Shown: one piece after another, positions 23,226 to 37,100 of the stretch
Numbering within the stretch: position 1 is the first letter of the stretch
Layout: each line of letters begins with the position of its first letter
Source: Thalia democratica
Taxonomy: Eukaryota
Assembly (NCBI GenBank): GCA_965202585.1
Contig: OZ241828.1
Span: 72,726,001-72,790,000, forward strand
Length of the DNA: 64,000 nt
Direction of reading: 5' to 3'
Made by a program: the position numbers and the translations under genes
The notes under the pieces: generated by a model
The model's input: only the letters and a program-made list of their open reading frames with translations
Told to the model about the DNA's origin: nothing
The model's database searches: none

Positions 23226-25024
23226 TGGTTTAAAAAAGTAACAACTTTACTTAAAAAAAATATTTTAAATATTTGTCATTACAAAAATACTTTATGATTA
23301 GTTTTACTTATAGTAATGTAAAGTTAAGTGACAATATTACTATGAAGACGACTATTTATGATTGCTACTTAATTTAAAATAGATATTTTTACGACAGTGT
23401 ACCGTTTTTTTTTATCAAACTACTTTTTTTTGTAGATATACTAACTATTGTGTTGAATACATTGCTGTTGTTGTTAGTGTTAGTCTTGCAAAACTTACAA
23501 CAGATAATTTTCGTTAGAAACAGGTTTAATACAAACATACTAGTTTTCCTGAGTAATACTATCGTGCATACTTTGGTCTTATGTAAAATTTTTTTTTAAT
23601 TCATAGTAAACTTGGAGTATAAGCAAAAAAAAAAGCTCAAAAAACGGAGTAGTTATTAAAAACTTTGCTTTTATAACAAATAAATAAACAGTATTTTTAA
23701 AACAATTAACTATGAATAAAATTTAGAAAGTAGCTCTAAAGATAAACAAATTATTAAATTAGATTAGCGAATCTAAAAAAATCCAAAACCTTTGTGTACC
23801 ATAAAAAAATTTATTGATAATACTTTTTTTTTAAAGTTTATAAAGAAAACTACGAAACATAAGGTAATTGTTTTATGATATTATAAATATAAATTTAATG
23901 ATCACCCAAACTCAATCAAACAAGATTTTGCAAAATAGCAACATTTCGTGCAAGTTTTATAAAGTTTTTGATTGACATAAGTAAAATAGATGTTTATAAA
24001 ACTTTGTACAATTCCTTCAATCATACTATACTTAAAAGTATCAAGTTGTTTATTTGCCGCGCAATCAGACATCTATTGATTATGACGTCATAAAGTACAA
24101 TCAACGTGCTATAGTTTTGCAAAATACTCACACGACTAAATTGTGTTTTTTTAAGTTTAATAGAATGTATAAAGCTTTTACTTTTATTTGATGTTTGGTA
24201 TACTTTTCAAGTCTATATCAAACTTCAACGGATCTACTAAATTACAGACATGCTGCATACAAGTAGTAATAATTTTAAAGTAAACATTGTTTTTGAGTCG
24301 TAAATCACCTACAAACAAGTGTAAGTCTTTAAATAAACAGTTTATAAACAAATATAAAAAGTCTAAGTTGAAATAATATGTTAGTTGAAGAATTTTAGTA
24401 ACAGAAAAAACCTTAAAAGTTCCTTTTATACGTGTAAAAAGTATTTATAAATGCCTGTTAATTTGTCAAGGATATGTTGCAGTAATGTTTACATACAAAA
24501 GATCAGTTTAATAGCCAAAACTTATTCTGAAAGAGTTACTTTTTTGGTATTTAAGTTTTATGTTTTCTGCGTCTGAGTGGTGAATTATTTTTTATTGGAA
24601 CCTATTGCTTTAGTTAGTTTATGATAAGATTTTGCCAGCTATTCAAAATTTATTACTTTGCAAGCTTACATTTGTCCTGAATGTTTGTATTTTAAGCAAA
24701 CATAATACTTTTCTAGTCGTTATACAATCATAATTTTCTAATATGAAGTGAGATTAAAAGTACAGGTTTTGCATAAAAAAGCAATCTAAATTTAAAAAAC
24801 TAAAATCTAAGTCACACAAACTAACTCAAATTAATTTTTATTTCTTAAATCAATTAATTTCATTATATAACTCTTCAAGTTTACAAAACTGTAAGCATTA
24901 TATTAAGTAAAAGCCCAACTAACTAATTATTGTTGGTAAGACATTTTCATAAAAAATAAGCACTTTTGAGACAATTGTTTAGTTGAAGGAAACTTTAAAC
25001 TTCATAAACTAATCTATAAATATC

Positions 25025-25250
25025 TCCATTTAATCAGATAACTGCTCAATTAATTACAAGTTTTTTACAATCCGTAGATCAACGGTTATAAATTTTTCTT
25101 TACTTCCGAACTGATTATTACGTCATAATTGGTAACGGTGAGTTTCGTTTTTACGGGAAACGCTATCGGCGTTTTTTATTTTATTCTTTGATCCAAGTTG
25201 GTTCAGTTACCTGTAAGGTTGCTTTTATTCGGTTTTTGCTTATTTTAGTC
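25025..25250 (+). promoter_or_regulatory. CRE + X-box cassette copy (X-box decayed)
   Basis: TTACGTCA 25118-25125; flanks homologous to the 17235 and 23005 copies. Confidence 0.45.
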
Positions 25251-25356
25251 TTTGTGTAGGAATATTATACAACTAAATTAATTTTTTAAGTTTTTGTTGT
25301 TACAACCCCTGATTTGGTAACGAAAAGTTACTATGCAGTTTTGTTTTAAAGACAAC

Positions 25357-25729
25357 GGGGACGGGTCAAATGACACGAAAAGTCACTTTTGGAGGAAGTG
25401 TCATTTTTGCACAAAGGGTCAAATATGCACAATGAAACTTTTGCGTAAAGATTCATGTATGCACGTATCGTCAATTTAGGCTAGAGTAAAAGAAAGATAC
25501 CAAGAAAAAAATAACAACCAATTAGGGTAAAGGTTAGAGTTAACAGTGGTAGTTAAAAAAATTTTAATCAATAATAAATTTAATAAAACAATTAAAGTTT
25601 CAACCCGTGCAAAAGTTTTATTGTGCAAACTTGACCCCTTTGTGTATAAGTGACGCCATGCAAAAGTGTCGTCGTGTAAAAGTGACATTTCGTACAAAAG
25701 TGTCTCTTCGTGCATAATTGACATCTTTC
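25357..25729. mobile_element. GCACGA-subrepeat MITE (copy 2)
   Basis: ggggacgggtcaaatgacacga ... tcgtgcataattgac; interior ttagggtaaaggttagagttaacagtggtagt. Confidence 0.8.
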
Positions 25730-28700
25730 AACATATTATAACTTTGCTTCGTTTACCATAAGTATTTACACGACATACTAAAGTTGATTAGTTGTCAAAC
25801 TAGTTTAAATTTAAAAAATGATACTATTTTAAAGAAAACATTTAGAAGCTTTGTTATAGACATTTCAAATGTAAATTTGTTTTGGTGTGACTCTATAGTA
25901 ATATGAAAATATGTTACTGTTATTATCTTGCATTAAAATTTTTCATCAAAACTTGCTGTTTACAAAATACACTATTGGTTTACAATTGTTAATTTAGATA
26001 AAGTACTGACACATTACAATATTAAACATATTTAACTTAGATGATTTTGATTAGATCTATATTAATATAAGCAATAATGAAAAAATGTTTTAGTTATAAA
26101 CGTTACGATTAATTTTTTTTTTAAACAGAACTGTACAATCAATAAGTTTTATCTAAAAAAGTTATGTTTTACGTCAAAAAAATACTACTTTTATGTTTTA
26201 CAGAAATATTTTTGATAATTTTCCCAAATTTCTACTATTGGTAACCTACGTTGAGCAAAATTTTAGCTAAAATTGCACTAAATTAAGTAGTATAAGCTAT
26301 CAAAAAACAAAAACTTCAAAGAGTATATAAAGCTTAACCTTTTAAATAAAATACTTAAAACTATTCAAACTAATTTAATTGTTTTTAAAACATTATAAGC
26401 TGCTGTAAATTACATTAAAGCTACTAATGTAGTAGTAATCTTTTTATGTAAACAATAAAATTGCTTTTATTTTTAAAGATTTTGTCTTTATTACCATGAT
26501 TATGGAAAAGCAAAATAAACAAACATAAATATTTACAACTTTAATTCATATAGATTATTTTAGAAATAATATGTCTTTCGAATAATCTTCGTTTTATAAA
26601 TATGCTTTGTAAATTTTAACACAGGTACTGAACCAATCTAAGTTTTAAACTGTAACTTTAAATTTTTTGTTGCTTGAAGTAGTTTTATCATATAATTTAA
26701 CTAAAAATTGTTTCTTAATTTATTATTTTTTTAGTTTGTATGTTACTGTAAGTTAAAAAATAAAAATTAATGAATGAAATAAATTTATTTACAAATTTTA
26801 AAACTCATGTTTATAAACTCATTTTAAAAACTTTCAAAGAATTCTCATAAATTCTCACAGATTTGTACAGCTCATAATACTTAGTTGTTATAAAATTATT
26901 CTTAATTCTTAAGTACAATATTTTCAACGGAAACCACTTGATCAGTTTCAGGTCTCTAATTTTTTTTGTAAAATAATAAGTACTAGGTTTTTGCACAACC
27001 AGCAGTTTATAAGCAGTTTAAGCTTTTAAAACCAGTCTTAATGCATTAAAAGGTTATTTAATCTTTATACATCAAAAAATTGAGAAAGATTTCAAAGGTT
27101 GTTGAACTACATGTTTTTTTTTTACTATTTTATTATAGTTTACAAGTATATAAAATATGTATGAAGTTGTTTGATCTTTTAGTGGTTTATTAAAATTATA
27201 CAAAATTATACTCATGGTTTTAAAACTATTTCATAAAAAAATGTTTTAGTTTATACTTATAAATGCGTAAAAAATAACACAATAATCATAAAAAATTAGA
27301 ACGAATTAATTTTCTTTTCTTAAAAGTTTCTAAAGTTTTTTTAAACAGATTCTCAGATGAAAACCAGCACATATACTTTATTTGTATCCAAAATTTCTAA
27401 GATCCATTTATATTTTACAAAATATACTGGTAACGTATACACATTTACAAATAAAACTGCATTATTTTATCAAAGTTTGATGGAAATTATTACTTTTAAA
27501 CTACACATAATAACCAAACATATATAGAGCAAGTTTGAAAAGCTATTTATTCAAATACGGTATTTAATTTTTTTGCAAAATAAAAAATTTATTGCAAATT
27601 ACAAAGTAAGTTTCATCATTTTTCATCATTCCAAGTCGTTTTTTCAAAAGTACCACAATATGTCTTACTCACACTTGAAGCTCAAATCAACCGCGTTAAA
27701 GCTTTAACTATATGTTGTTTTTGTGTTTCTAATTTTTTAATCTTTTTAGTTGTAGCGGGCTGTTAAAAGAAAAAAACAGTAAACAATTTGAAAATTAAGA
27801 ATCTATTTTAACAAATACGACTTTTGTTATGATTAAATCAATTTATTTAAAACAATCTTATTACTTCTGAAATTTTTTTTTAATAATTTTTACTAATATT
27901 GATGCAATTAAGGCAGTTAGCATGTAACATAATTGCTAAGATGCGTAATTTTATTGTGTTTGTACTCTCGTTTTCACTTTTATTATAATACATTTATATG
28001 CGTTGAATAAGTTTAGGTATATGTAATGTTATGTAGTTCAGACTTTAAAAAGTTAAATTAATTTCAACTTGTAACCTGAGTAATGACAAGTTGAAATAAC
28101 AAAGTGTTTTAAAACTTTAGCATAGAAAAAACATTTTCTGTTGTCAAAGTTTCTGATGTCTAAACCTGTTTTGCTTTACGTAAAAATAAACTATTAAAAT
28201 TATTTATATACTTATGATAATGCATTTCTAATTTAAATATTATTTATAATAAACTTTTTTATTCGTCAATGTTAACTAATTGTTGTATCTATAAACAGTG
28301 CTGATGCTAGTGGTGCTAAGTGTTTTGATAGATAATTAGTATTTGATAAAATGTACAGTTAAGGTTAAAATGATACTTTTGTTATTTTTTTTTACGCTTT
28401 AATTTTAGACCTTTATACTTTTAATAACATCATAATTAGCTGTACGTGGTACTTGAAATACTCTTTTAAGATTATTGTTAAATATACCTCTTTTAATAGT
28501 TTACTTTATATCAAAACTTAAAATAATGAAAGTTTTGTTAAGTTTAAATCATGTACTTGTCGTTTAAAGTGATTCAAGTTGTTAACTCATTTATAAAGCT
28601 GTTTTTGATTATTGAGCATATTAATGTACAATGAGGTAAACTATTGTTATGATGAAAATTTGTTTAAGTTGTCATAATTAAACGAGCAATATATACATCG

Positions 28701-30005
28701 AAAAACCTGATATTTTTTGTAAAGAGTTTTGTCTTTAAAATAATTATATGTGCTTGTTATGGTTAATTATTTCATTTTTTACAATACTTTTACCTTTAAT
28801 TAATATTTTGTTTATTAGTTTTTACTTTGAGTTACTTGTTTTGTATGTAAAAAAGTTACAATTAATTATCAGATGCTTTTTTATAATACTAGTTTTAGCA
28901 CATAACCAGAAAGTAAGGTATGATGAAAAGTTTTTATATTTTTTTCTGAACTATTCTGTAATTGTTTTTTTACGCTTTAAATATAAATTTTATGGGTTTA
29001 GATAATATTGTCTGTAGGTGGTACTGATTATAATTTAATTAAAGTATTGCTTAAAGATAAGAAATCGTTACAAACGCGTTAAGTAATTATTAAGCTTAAG
29101 ATAATCTATTTTTTTATACTTTTTATTTCTATTTTATTAGGTAAGCTAGACTAAAGTTATGTTTGTTTCTGATTATAATAATATTTTAATTAATCAGTTC
29201 AGTACAAACCTAGTAATATGCCTAATACATAACAAAATGTTTGAAAATCGACCTCAAATGATTTTTGTATCAACTCATTTAAAACACTTTTAAATCTACT
29301 GTAATTAATTGTGTACTTTTATATCCAAACAATTTATTACTATTGTTATGTTTTCATTCAACGCATTTATCTGTTAGTAAAAGTTTTCTACCTGTTTACA
29401 AACTATATTTTTTTAGTTTTAAAAAAGCTTATCTATCTATTTTTTCCAAAATAAGTAAAACCTAAAAATCATTTTAGAATTTAATGTGCAATAAATTTTA
29501 ATATTTTTTTTAAGATTAATCTGGTTGTTTATCTGAACTTTAATAAAAGATAGTACAGTAACCTGTCACTTAGGTACGTACTTTGAACACTGCGAAAAAG
29601 TGCATACCCAACAAGCAGTGCATTGCATACCGAAAAAACTTTAGTTTTTAATTACCCGAATTAAGCCTAATGCAAACATTTTAAAAGCAACTAAAGTTCA
29701 CAAACGAGTATAAAACAAAATCTCCTTAAAAAAAAAAATTTAACTATAACAACAGAACTTTTTTTTAAACTTATGTTAGAAGCCTTGAGTGTTTATTTAA
29801 TGTATGTTTTATATTTAGGTATATAGTTAAATATATTTGTTTTCAAACAACAAAGTTTTTTAATTTATCTTGTATTTTTTATACCTTTATAATTATATGA
29901 TACATATAACTAGTTACTATTTTTTAATATATAAACATTTATATAAATTTATTATATAATGTTACGTAATGTGATTAAACTTTTATAAAGCTGTATGGTC
30001 ATTAC

Positions 30006-32603
30006 CAGTGGCGTAGCGTGGTATTTTGGTCAGGGGGTGCGCAATTTTTTTTTTTTAAATCCCCTAAATTAAAACTGTTGGGCCGAAAATTTTTCGGGGT
30101 CAATTTTCTCGGAAATTTAAAAAAATACTAAAAATCTATCTCCTACTTCATTTTTCAAGCGATCTTCTTCAAATTTTAGAAAATGTTTTTTAAATTACAA
30201 GAAAAAAATGTTACTTATGAATTTAGATAATTAAAATAAATAAAAATTTTATCACAAAAATAAATAAAAAAGTCTTTTTCTTTAAAAAAAAATTTAGTAC
30301 AAATCTTTTAATTCACAAGTAAGGTTTTTCTGTTATTGTATAAAGATTAAACTGTTAAAGTTTGAAGAAGATTGCTTGAAAAAAGTAGGAGGAGTAGGTT
30401 TTAAACAAACTAGCCTTTTCTCGCTGTTTTAGTTTTTCCTTCCAATAGGTAACCTATTATGCGGCCCGACTTTGACTGGTCATATCTCAAAAAATAAATT
30501 CTAACTTTTTAAAACAATAAAAAGCATCTTAAAGCTTAAAAAAAAATTTCAAATAAGATCAACTTCTAAAAAACATGGTTTACCCCCCTATGGCCTTAAA
30601 CTACAAATAAATAGTCAACTAAGTATAACAATTAATACCTCAAAGCATTTTTCTCTGTGCAATTTCTAAATAATGTTCAATATCTATTTTATATCAACAA
30701 AAAAGAATTGTATTAAACTCAAAATAACTCATACTTTTAGTTTGTTGCAGCTTTTAATATACTATCTTTATCTTTTATATAAAAATGTTAAATCTTGAGT
30801 ATTAAAATTGTAAGTTTTTTGTAGGAGAAATCTAAAGAGCTAGTTTTTTTTTAAGTTCTACATTTTTACCTATACTACAATATTAAACTGTAAAAATAAA
30901 TCTAAATAAATGAAGAAAATCTGAAATATAAACAAAATTAAAATTAAAACTTTCATACCACTTGAACTGCAGTCTTGAGTAATAGTAATATCTGGTGTTG
31001 GTCTGCTATTTTTCAATTCAAGCTTTTGAACTTCAGATAATTTTCATACCTGACATATTTTTATACTGGCAACATTCCATACAATATTACTTTGCATATT
31101 ATTTTAAATAATAATCTAAAAATTAATGGAAACAAATGTTTACTTTTTCTTTAGTATTATAAAACATATTATACAAAAAAAGCAAAAAACAATTAACTTT
31201 GAAGATATCAGGATTGCCTTGCAAATCTTTGAGTCAAAATAACTGTCCTGAGTTAGTTTAAAAATGTCATGTGTCATCATAAGCATTTTATATTCTTTTA
31301 AATATTTTTTTTTATTGTTTTTAAACTAATAGAAACTAAACTTTATAACAAAGCTTTTAAAACCACTAAATCTACCCTGAGTTAAAAAAAACAAGTCTAT
31401 ACTTAGTCAGCCTGAGCTTAAAAATACTTAAAACATTCAGAGTTATTATGATTTTTACTGAGTCATACTAAAGTTTTCCAAAACTTCATAAAATCCTGAG
31501 TAATCCTGAGTGTGTGGAAAGATTTTACTATATGTTTCGGATACAAAACGAAATGTTTGAAAGATAAATTTTTAAAGGTCAACTTTTTCAATGCTTTTAA
31601 AAATTCACAAAAAATATAACTTTTCACTTATCTTAAAGTCAGTTTTTCTAAGATCTTTAGGGAATAGAATTTTTAAAAACCACTAACAGTTGGTAGAATT
31701 TTTTTTTTAAATATCATTTAAAATTTGATTTGAAACAAAATAAACTTACATTTAAAACTAATCAATTATGTCTTTTAAACTTAAAATTGATTGTAAAATT
31801 ATGTTTTACAAGTTGCTACAAATTTATTCATGATGTGACTAAAGAAATTTTAAAATAACTTGCTACAAAAATTGATTAAGTTTTAAACTTTATGGCAGAT
31901 AAAATAACAAAGTTTGATTTGTTTGTTATGTTAATAAAAAAAAAACTTAAAAAAAAATTAAGTTTAGTTAATCTAAACAATACTTTTTGTATAGTGAGAT
32001 TAAAACTGTAATCACAGTATGAACTATTTGTTTATTATTTGTCTTAATTTTTTTTTCTGTTATTTGTTATTTTTCTTTTAAATTATGTAGTTAGTTTTTT
32101 TTTTTTTTATTATCAATTTATTTTATTAGCAGTTGTTTATTGCTATTTTTACTATAGTTTGTTTATTCTTGAACCATTATCACTATAAAACAGGTTTAGC
32201 TTTATGGTTTGTTAACAAAATGTTAGCATTTGTCTATCTAAAATAATCATTTGTCATAAGGTTATACTACTGCGGTGCGCTAACTAGTTGCGTACTGTTA
32301 GAGTCTAAATTCTTATGAAGTTAATGAAGTTATAAAATTTTCCTTATGGAGTTTTTCATCAACATCGGTGCGCATTTGCAATTACGCACCGAATCAGTAT
32401 ACTGAGTAATTTCCCTAACTTGTCACAAATTGGTATTCGAAATTTCGTTTTACTTTTTGAATAGTAGAAAAACATAGTTGAAAAAAGGCAAACTAAGCAA
32501 AAAAAATAAACAATAAAGGATAAAGGTATTGCATTTTTTTTATTTACTTACTTTTTTTGGGTGGCACGCATGCGCCAGCGTCCCTCCCCACGCTACGCCC
32601 CTG
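30006..32603. mobile_element. Non-autonomous hAT element, 2.6 kb, with nested repeats
   Basis: TIRs CAGTGGCGTAGCGTGG...CCACGCTACGCCCCTG; perfect 8-bp TSD GTCATTAC at 29998-30005 and 32604-32611; no transposase ORF. Confidence 0.93.
30085..30600. mobile_element. Nested MITE-like fragment, related to 41760-42130 and 44985-45115
   Basis: ggggtcaattttct...aaaaatctatctcct.cttcatttt is shared with 41770-41830 and has an internal inverted copy; the 3' part ending tacccccctatggccttaa resembles 44990-45115. Confidence 0.6.
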
Positions 32604-34199
32604 GTCATTACACGAGGTAAAGAATATTACTTCAAATCAGGATAACTCGTTGAATGTTTGTATTCATAACCAAAGTTTACGACTATCAATACTCTTGATA
32701 ACATTTACCCAAAGTCTGTCATTCTAGAAGGAGAGCTGTCGCAAACAAAAACGAAAGTAGCTGCTGGTGACAAATATAGAAAGCTTTTGTAAGTTGAAAA
32801 AATTTTAAAAAGCTAGTGAGTAACATAAAGTGTCTGTGAACCCAAACGAACAAACTACATCAATAGTCACATTCAAAAGCATCTAGTTCTAAATAAATCT
32901 CAATTACATTGTTCTTTGTTTCGTTAATACCACTTTGTGTATCAATACTATTATGTTTATTTTTATGTTGTTTACATCTATGTTGCAAATCTAAATTGCA
33001 ATGTTCGTTATTTAAAAAAGAAATAAACTACAGTATTATTCTTTTTTTTTGTTTGGTTTGTTTTACGATTTGTATAATCATAACTTAATTTTTGTTTTAT
33101 TAGTTTGTATTTATTTTGATTTAAATGTATATAACAACACTTAGTAGAAAACGTTTTTAATCTTAACTAGTTTTTTATTACTTCAAAGTAAAAAAAAGCA
33201 CTTTAAACACAGCGTTTTTCAGCTGAAAGTATGTACTTTACTGGCAGCTCGTACTGAGGAAGTGCGTACCTAAATGGCAGGTTACTGTAGTTTGTGTAAT
33301 TTTTTACCTAATTTAAAACTATTCAAATAAAACAAATAGAAATTTCGAATCGAAAGTGCTACTATTCACAGTACTAGACTGTTTAGTAAAAAAAAGTTAG
33401 TTTAAGTATCAACATAACTTTTAAGCACATATATCAATTTATTTATTAACATTATTAATTTACTTAGTATTTAAAACTTATTTCACGCTAAAAAAGTTTA
33501 ATAAAAATTTTATATCAAACTGCAGTACCTTGAATTAAAACAAAAAGATGTTTTGTTTATCCAACGCTATTATTTAAGAAAAATTAAATTTACAATTTTC
33601 TTATACATCTTTAATATCTTCCGGTGAACTTCTTTGATAAGTTAAATACATTAAACAAAAAATTAACTAAACTAAACTTATACTTTTACATATTAGTTTT
33701 TTTTGTATAGAAAGACTAATTCGATCTTTTATTTATTTAATTAAACGTTGAAACAAAATACGATTAATACGTTGTTTGTGTCTTATACTTTTGATAACGA
33801 TTATTTTTTATGAGTATTAAATGCAAAAATATGAAGTTTGATGTCCGTATTAAGTTAAGTATCTTACGTGCAGAAGTTTTAATATTAACATGAAGTTAAG
33901 TTTTTTACTGTTTTTAAAACAAACAAAAAACCTATTATCACTGTCTAAATATAATATAAGTTGTGTTTAGTATCCAAGACAATAAAACTGTAAAATTTAC
34001 AATCATTTAGCATTTTTTGTAAACCTCATTCCAACAACTAAACATATTTTGTTAAGCCACAATGTATGTACTAATTTTATTGTATATAAAATATTATACA
34101 TAATAATGTAATAAATCAAATTATGAAAAAATATTGAAAATCTATTTAATAAAAAGTCTAAATATTTTTTGAAATGATATCACTGGTTATAGTCGAATA

Positions 34200-37100
34200 A
34201 GAGCGAAGGTTTGTAAGATTTTTGTTAAGTTTTTTATTGACATAACCATATTAGATAATCATCAAAGCTTTGTAAAACCCCTTCACAATAATCTACTTAG
34301 ATATATTAAATTTATTCATTTGCCCGGAAATCAAATATATAATGATTATGACGTCAGAAAGTCCAATCAAAGTGCTTATAACTTTCACAAGATTCACACG
34401 CTATAAGCCTATAATTTTTATAAAGTATTTAGTTAGTTTTGAATAATTCTTTTAGGTAGTGCTATTATTGAGTAGTAGGCGTTCTACAAACAAATGTTAA
34501 CCTACAAAAACTTAAATATTTATAAATGATTTACACAAAATGAAATTAAACAACTTAATTATATGAAAGTAAGTGAGAAAAACTATTTCACTTATCATTT
34601 TATAGCGTGCCTAGTTTATTATTAAAAAGCTACAAGATTATCTAAATGCAACCTAAAATATAGTTGTTATTTTCAAAATGCTCAAAGTGGAAAAATAGAT
34701 GCAAAATTAAAAAAGATGTGCTGTAGAAATATATACAAACAAAAATTTAATTTAATACTAAAAACTTGTTGAAATACAATTAATTTTTCGGTTAGTTAGT
34801 GAAAAGCATTAGGCTGGTAAGTATCAAAATGTTTTGTAATTTAATCTGTTGCTACTGTTAGCTTTCAATAATAAGGATATTTATTATTAACTTACACTTA
34901 TTTAATGTCCATTTTTGAACGTTAGTAATATAAATTGTTTTTTTAATGAGGCTTTTTTTATAAAGAAGCAGTTCGGTTTGAATTAAATAGAAATTTATCA
35001 GTAAATAGTAATTAGATTGATAATGTTTAATAAGATATGTTTTTTTGTCTATAATACCTTATACATGATTAAAATGCATTAGTTCAGATTTAACAGAACA
35101 TTGTACTGTGATAATTTTTTTGTAAAAAAGTCTTTAAAATTTATTGTGGTATCTATACAAGTTAAGTACTATAATTGTCTAATTTAGGACTTAAAGTTAA
35201 AATCTTAATAAAAACTGGCTCAAGTAATTTTAAAACTACTTTTAAAGAAAACTATTTATTTTGAAAAGAATCAGATCGTTAAAACAAAAAGATAGTACAT
35301 AAATGACTTCATTTAATCAGAAAATTGCTTTAGTTAACCGGAGGTTACTTGATTAATTCTTAAATCAACCATTACACATTTTTCTTTAATTCAAAACTGA
35401 TTCTTACGTCATAGTCGGTAATTTCAACGGCACGTGACGCTTTTTTACCACGGGAATTTGTGTTTTTGTTTTACGCCTTAGTTGATTTGGTTGTTTGTAA
35501 CATTAATTACAAAATCTTTTTTTTTTTTGCAAAACATTTATGTGACTAATCAAAAAAACTTTTAAAAGTTGTGCATTTAAAGTTTCAGTTTAAAGTTGGT
35601 AGTAAAAACTATAGTGGAAGTACTCTATTTAAAAAAAAAACCGTAGAGTATTGTAGATTTCAACTATACAAATAACAAGTTAAAACTATTTTTCGTGTAG
35701 AATAAGTCTTTTTATAATTATAAAGTCTGATTAAAATCAAAAGAGTTGGTAAATGCACATAAAACTGATGAAAAAAAAAGTATTACTGTATAGAAGTTAT
35801 TGTTGATGTTTTTGTTACAAACTTTTTTTAAATTTTTCGCTATAAAATGTAAAAGTTTCTCAAATTTGAAAAGTTAAACTTTGTTTTAGTGTCTGTGTGA
35901 CATAACACTTTTTTTAAATTGTTAAATAATAAAACAGTCAGTTATGACAAAATTCCAATAATAAATATATTTATGTCAAACAATACTTATTACATCTTTA
36001 TAATTTCAAACAAAAATGAAATCTTGTATAAATATTTTAAATCCCAACTGTTTTTTTTATAATGGAGCTATAAAAAAAAAGACTCTATTTATAACATTTA
36101 TTTAACCTGTATTTTATTGATATTTACTTAATTAATGAAAAAGCATCGAAAAAAGTTTTTTTTTTATTATTAAACTAGTATTTATAGTTTTCATTTAAAA
36201 ATTTTGTTTAGTTTTTAGTTTTAATATCTAGCAACAACTTTAATGTAAAACAGCAAAACAATTTTATAAATTACCAATACTTTTTTTATATTATAAAGAA
36301 ACATCAACTTAAAGAAGCTTTCAAATGTTAATTTAGTTTTTTGTAACGAAACATACTGGTCTTCTAATAACTATTTTTGTGCAAAAGCTAAATTAATGTA
36401 AAAACAATAAAGGTTATAATGAAGTTTGAGTATAAGCAAATAAAAACTCAATATATGCAATAGTTTTATAATTTTTTCTGTTTTAAACAACAAATTAAAT
36501 AGAGTCTTTAAAAAGACTAAATAAATGAACTAATAAAGGAAAGGTCTATTAACGAAAAGAAGTTAATAAAGTATACCTATTGAGCTTTTAAAACTGGGAA
36601 GGGTTTTTATATTAACTAATTTGAAACTGATGTTTATAATTTTAGTTACAAAAAGTTTTAAAAGTTTCACAAAATATATTTAAGTAAAAACATAAGTTTT
36701 TACTTGTTATAAGCATTGATTTGAACTTTTGCACAGCTCATGAAATTAAGTTCTTAAATTAAATTAATTTCTTTTTCGGAAACCTTTTTATCAATTATTC
36801 GTTTTTATAAGTTTTAGAATTTATAGATAAGTCACTTATAAGTAATAATTTTTTGTGTAAACAGCAGTTTATAAGCAGCTTTAGCTTTTTTAAACCAGTC
36901 TAATGCGTTAAAAGGTAATATAAGCTTTTTATATTATTTAATTTACCTAAAAATTCAAACGTTTTCTGAACAACTGTTGTATTCATTCATATTAAGTTAA
37001 AACTTAAAAAAAATATGCTTTAGTTTCAAATATTTATATTTTTGATACAATATAATAAGCTGTACATAGTAATTGAAATAACCCTATTAAAATTCTGTCA

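Larger units (their letters stand above)
23900..29950 (+). repeat. Diverged segmental/tandem duplication unit U2 (paralogous to 34200-38900; partly to 15900-20300 and 12000-15000)
   Basis: Shared landmarks in the same order: CRE/forkhead cassette, CRE/X-box cassette, cagctcat, cagcagtttataagcag, ttctgat.tctaaac, ttacgctttaa...gtggtactgattataatttaatt, aagatagtacag...gtgcataccc. Confidence 0.85.

Noticed and set aside
29560-29660. Signal-peptide-like minus-strand exon in the duplicated unit
   Set aside because: The paralogue at 38690-38770 has a 5-nt indel that breaks the frame, and there is no in-frame ATG.
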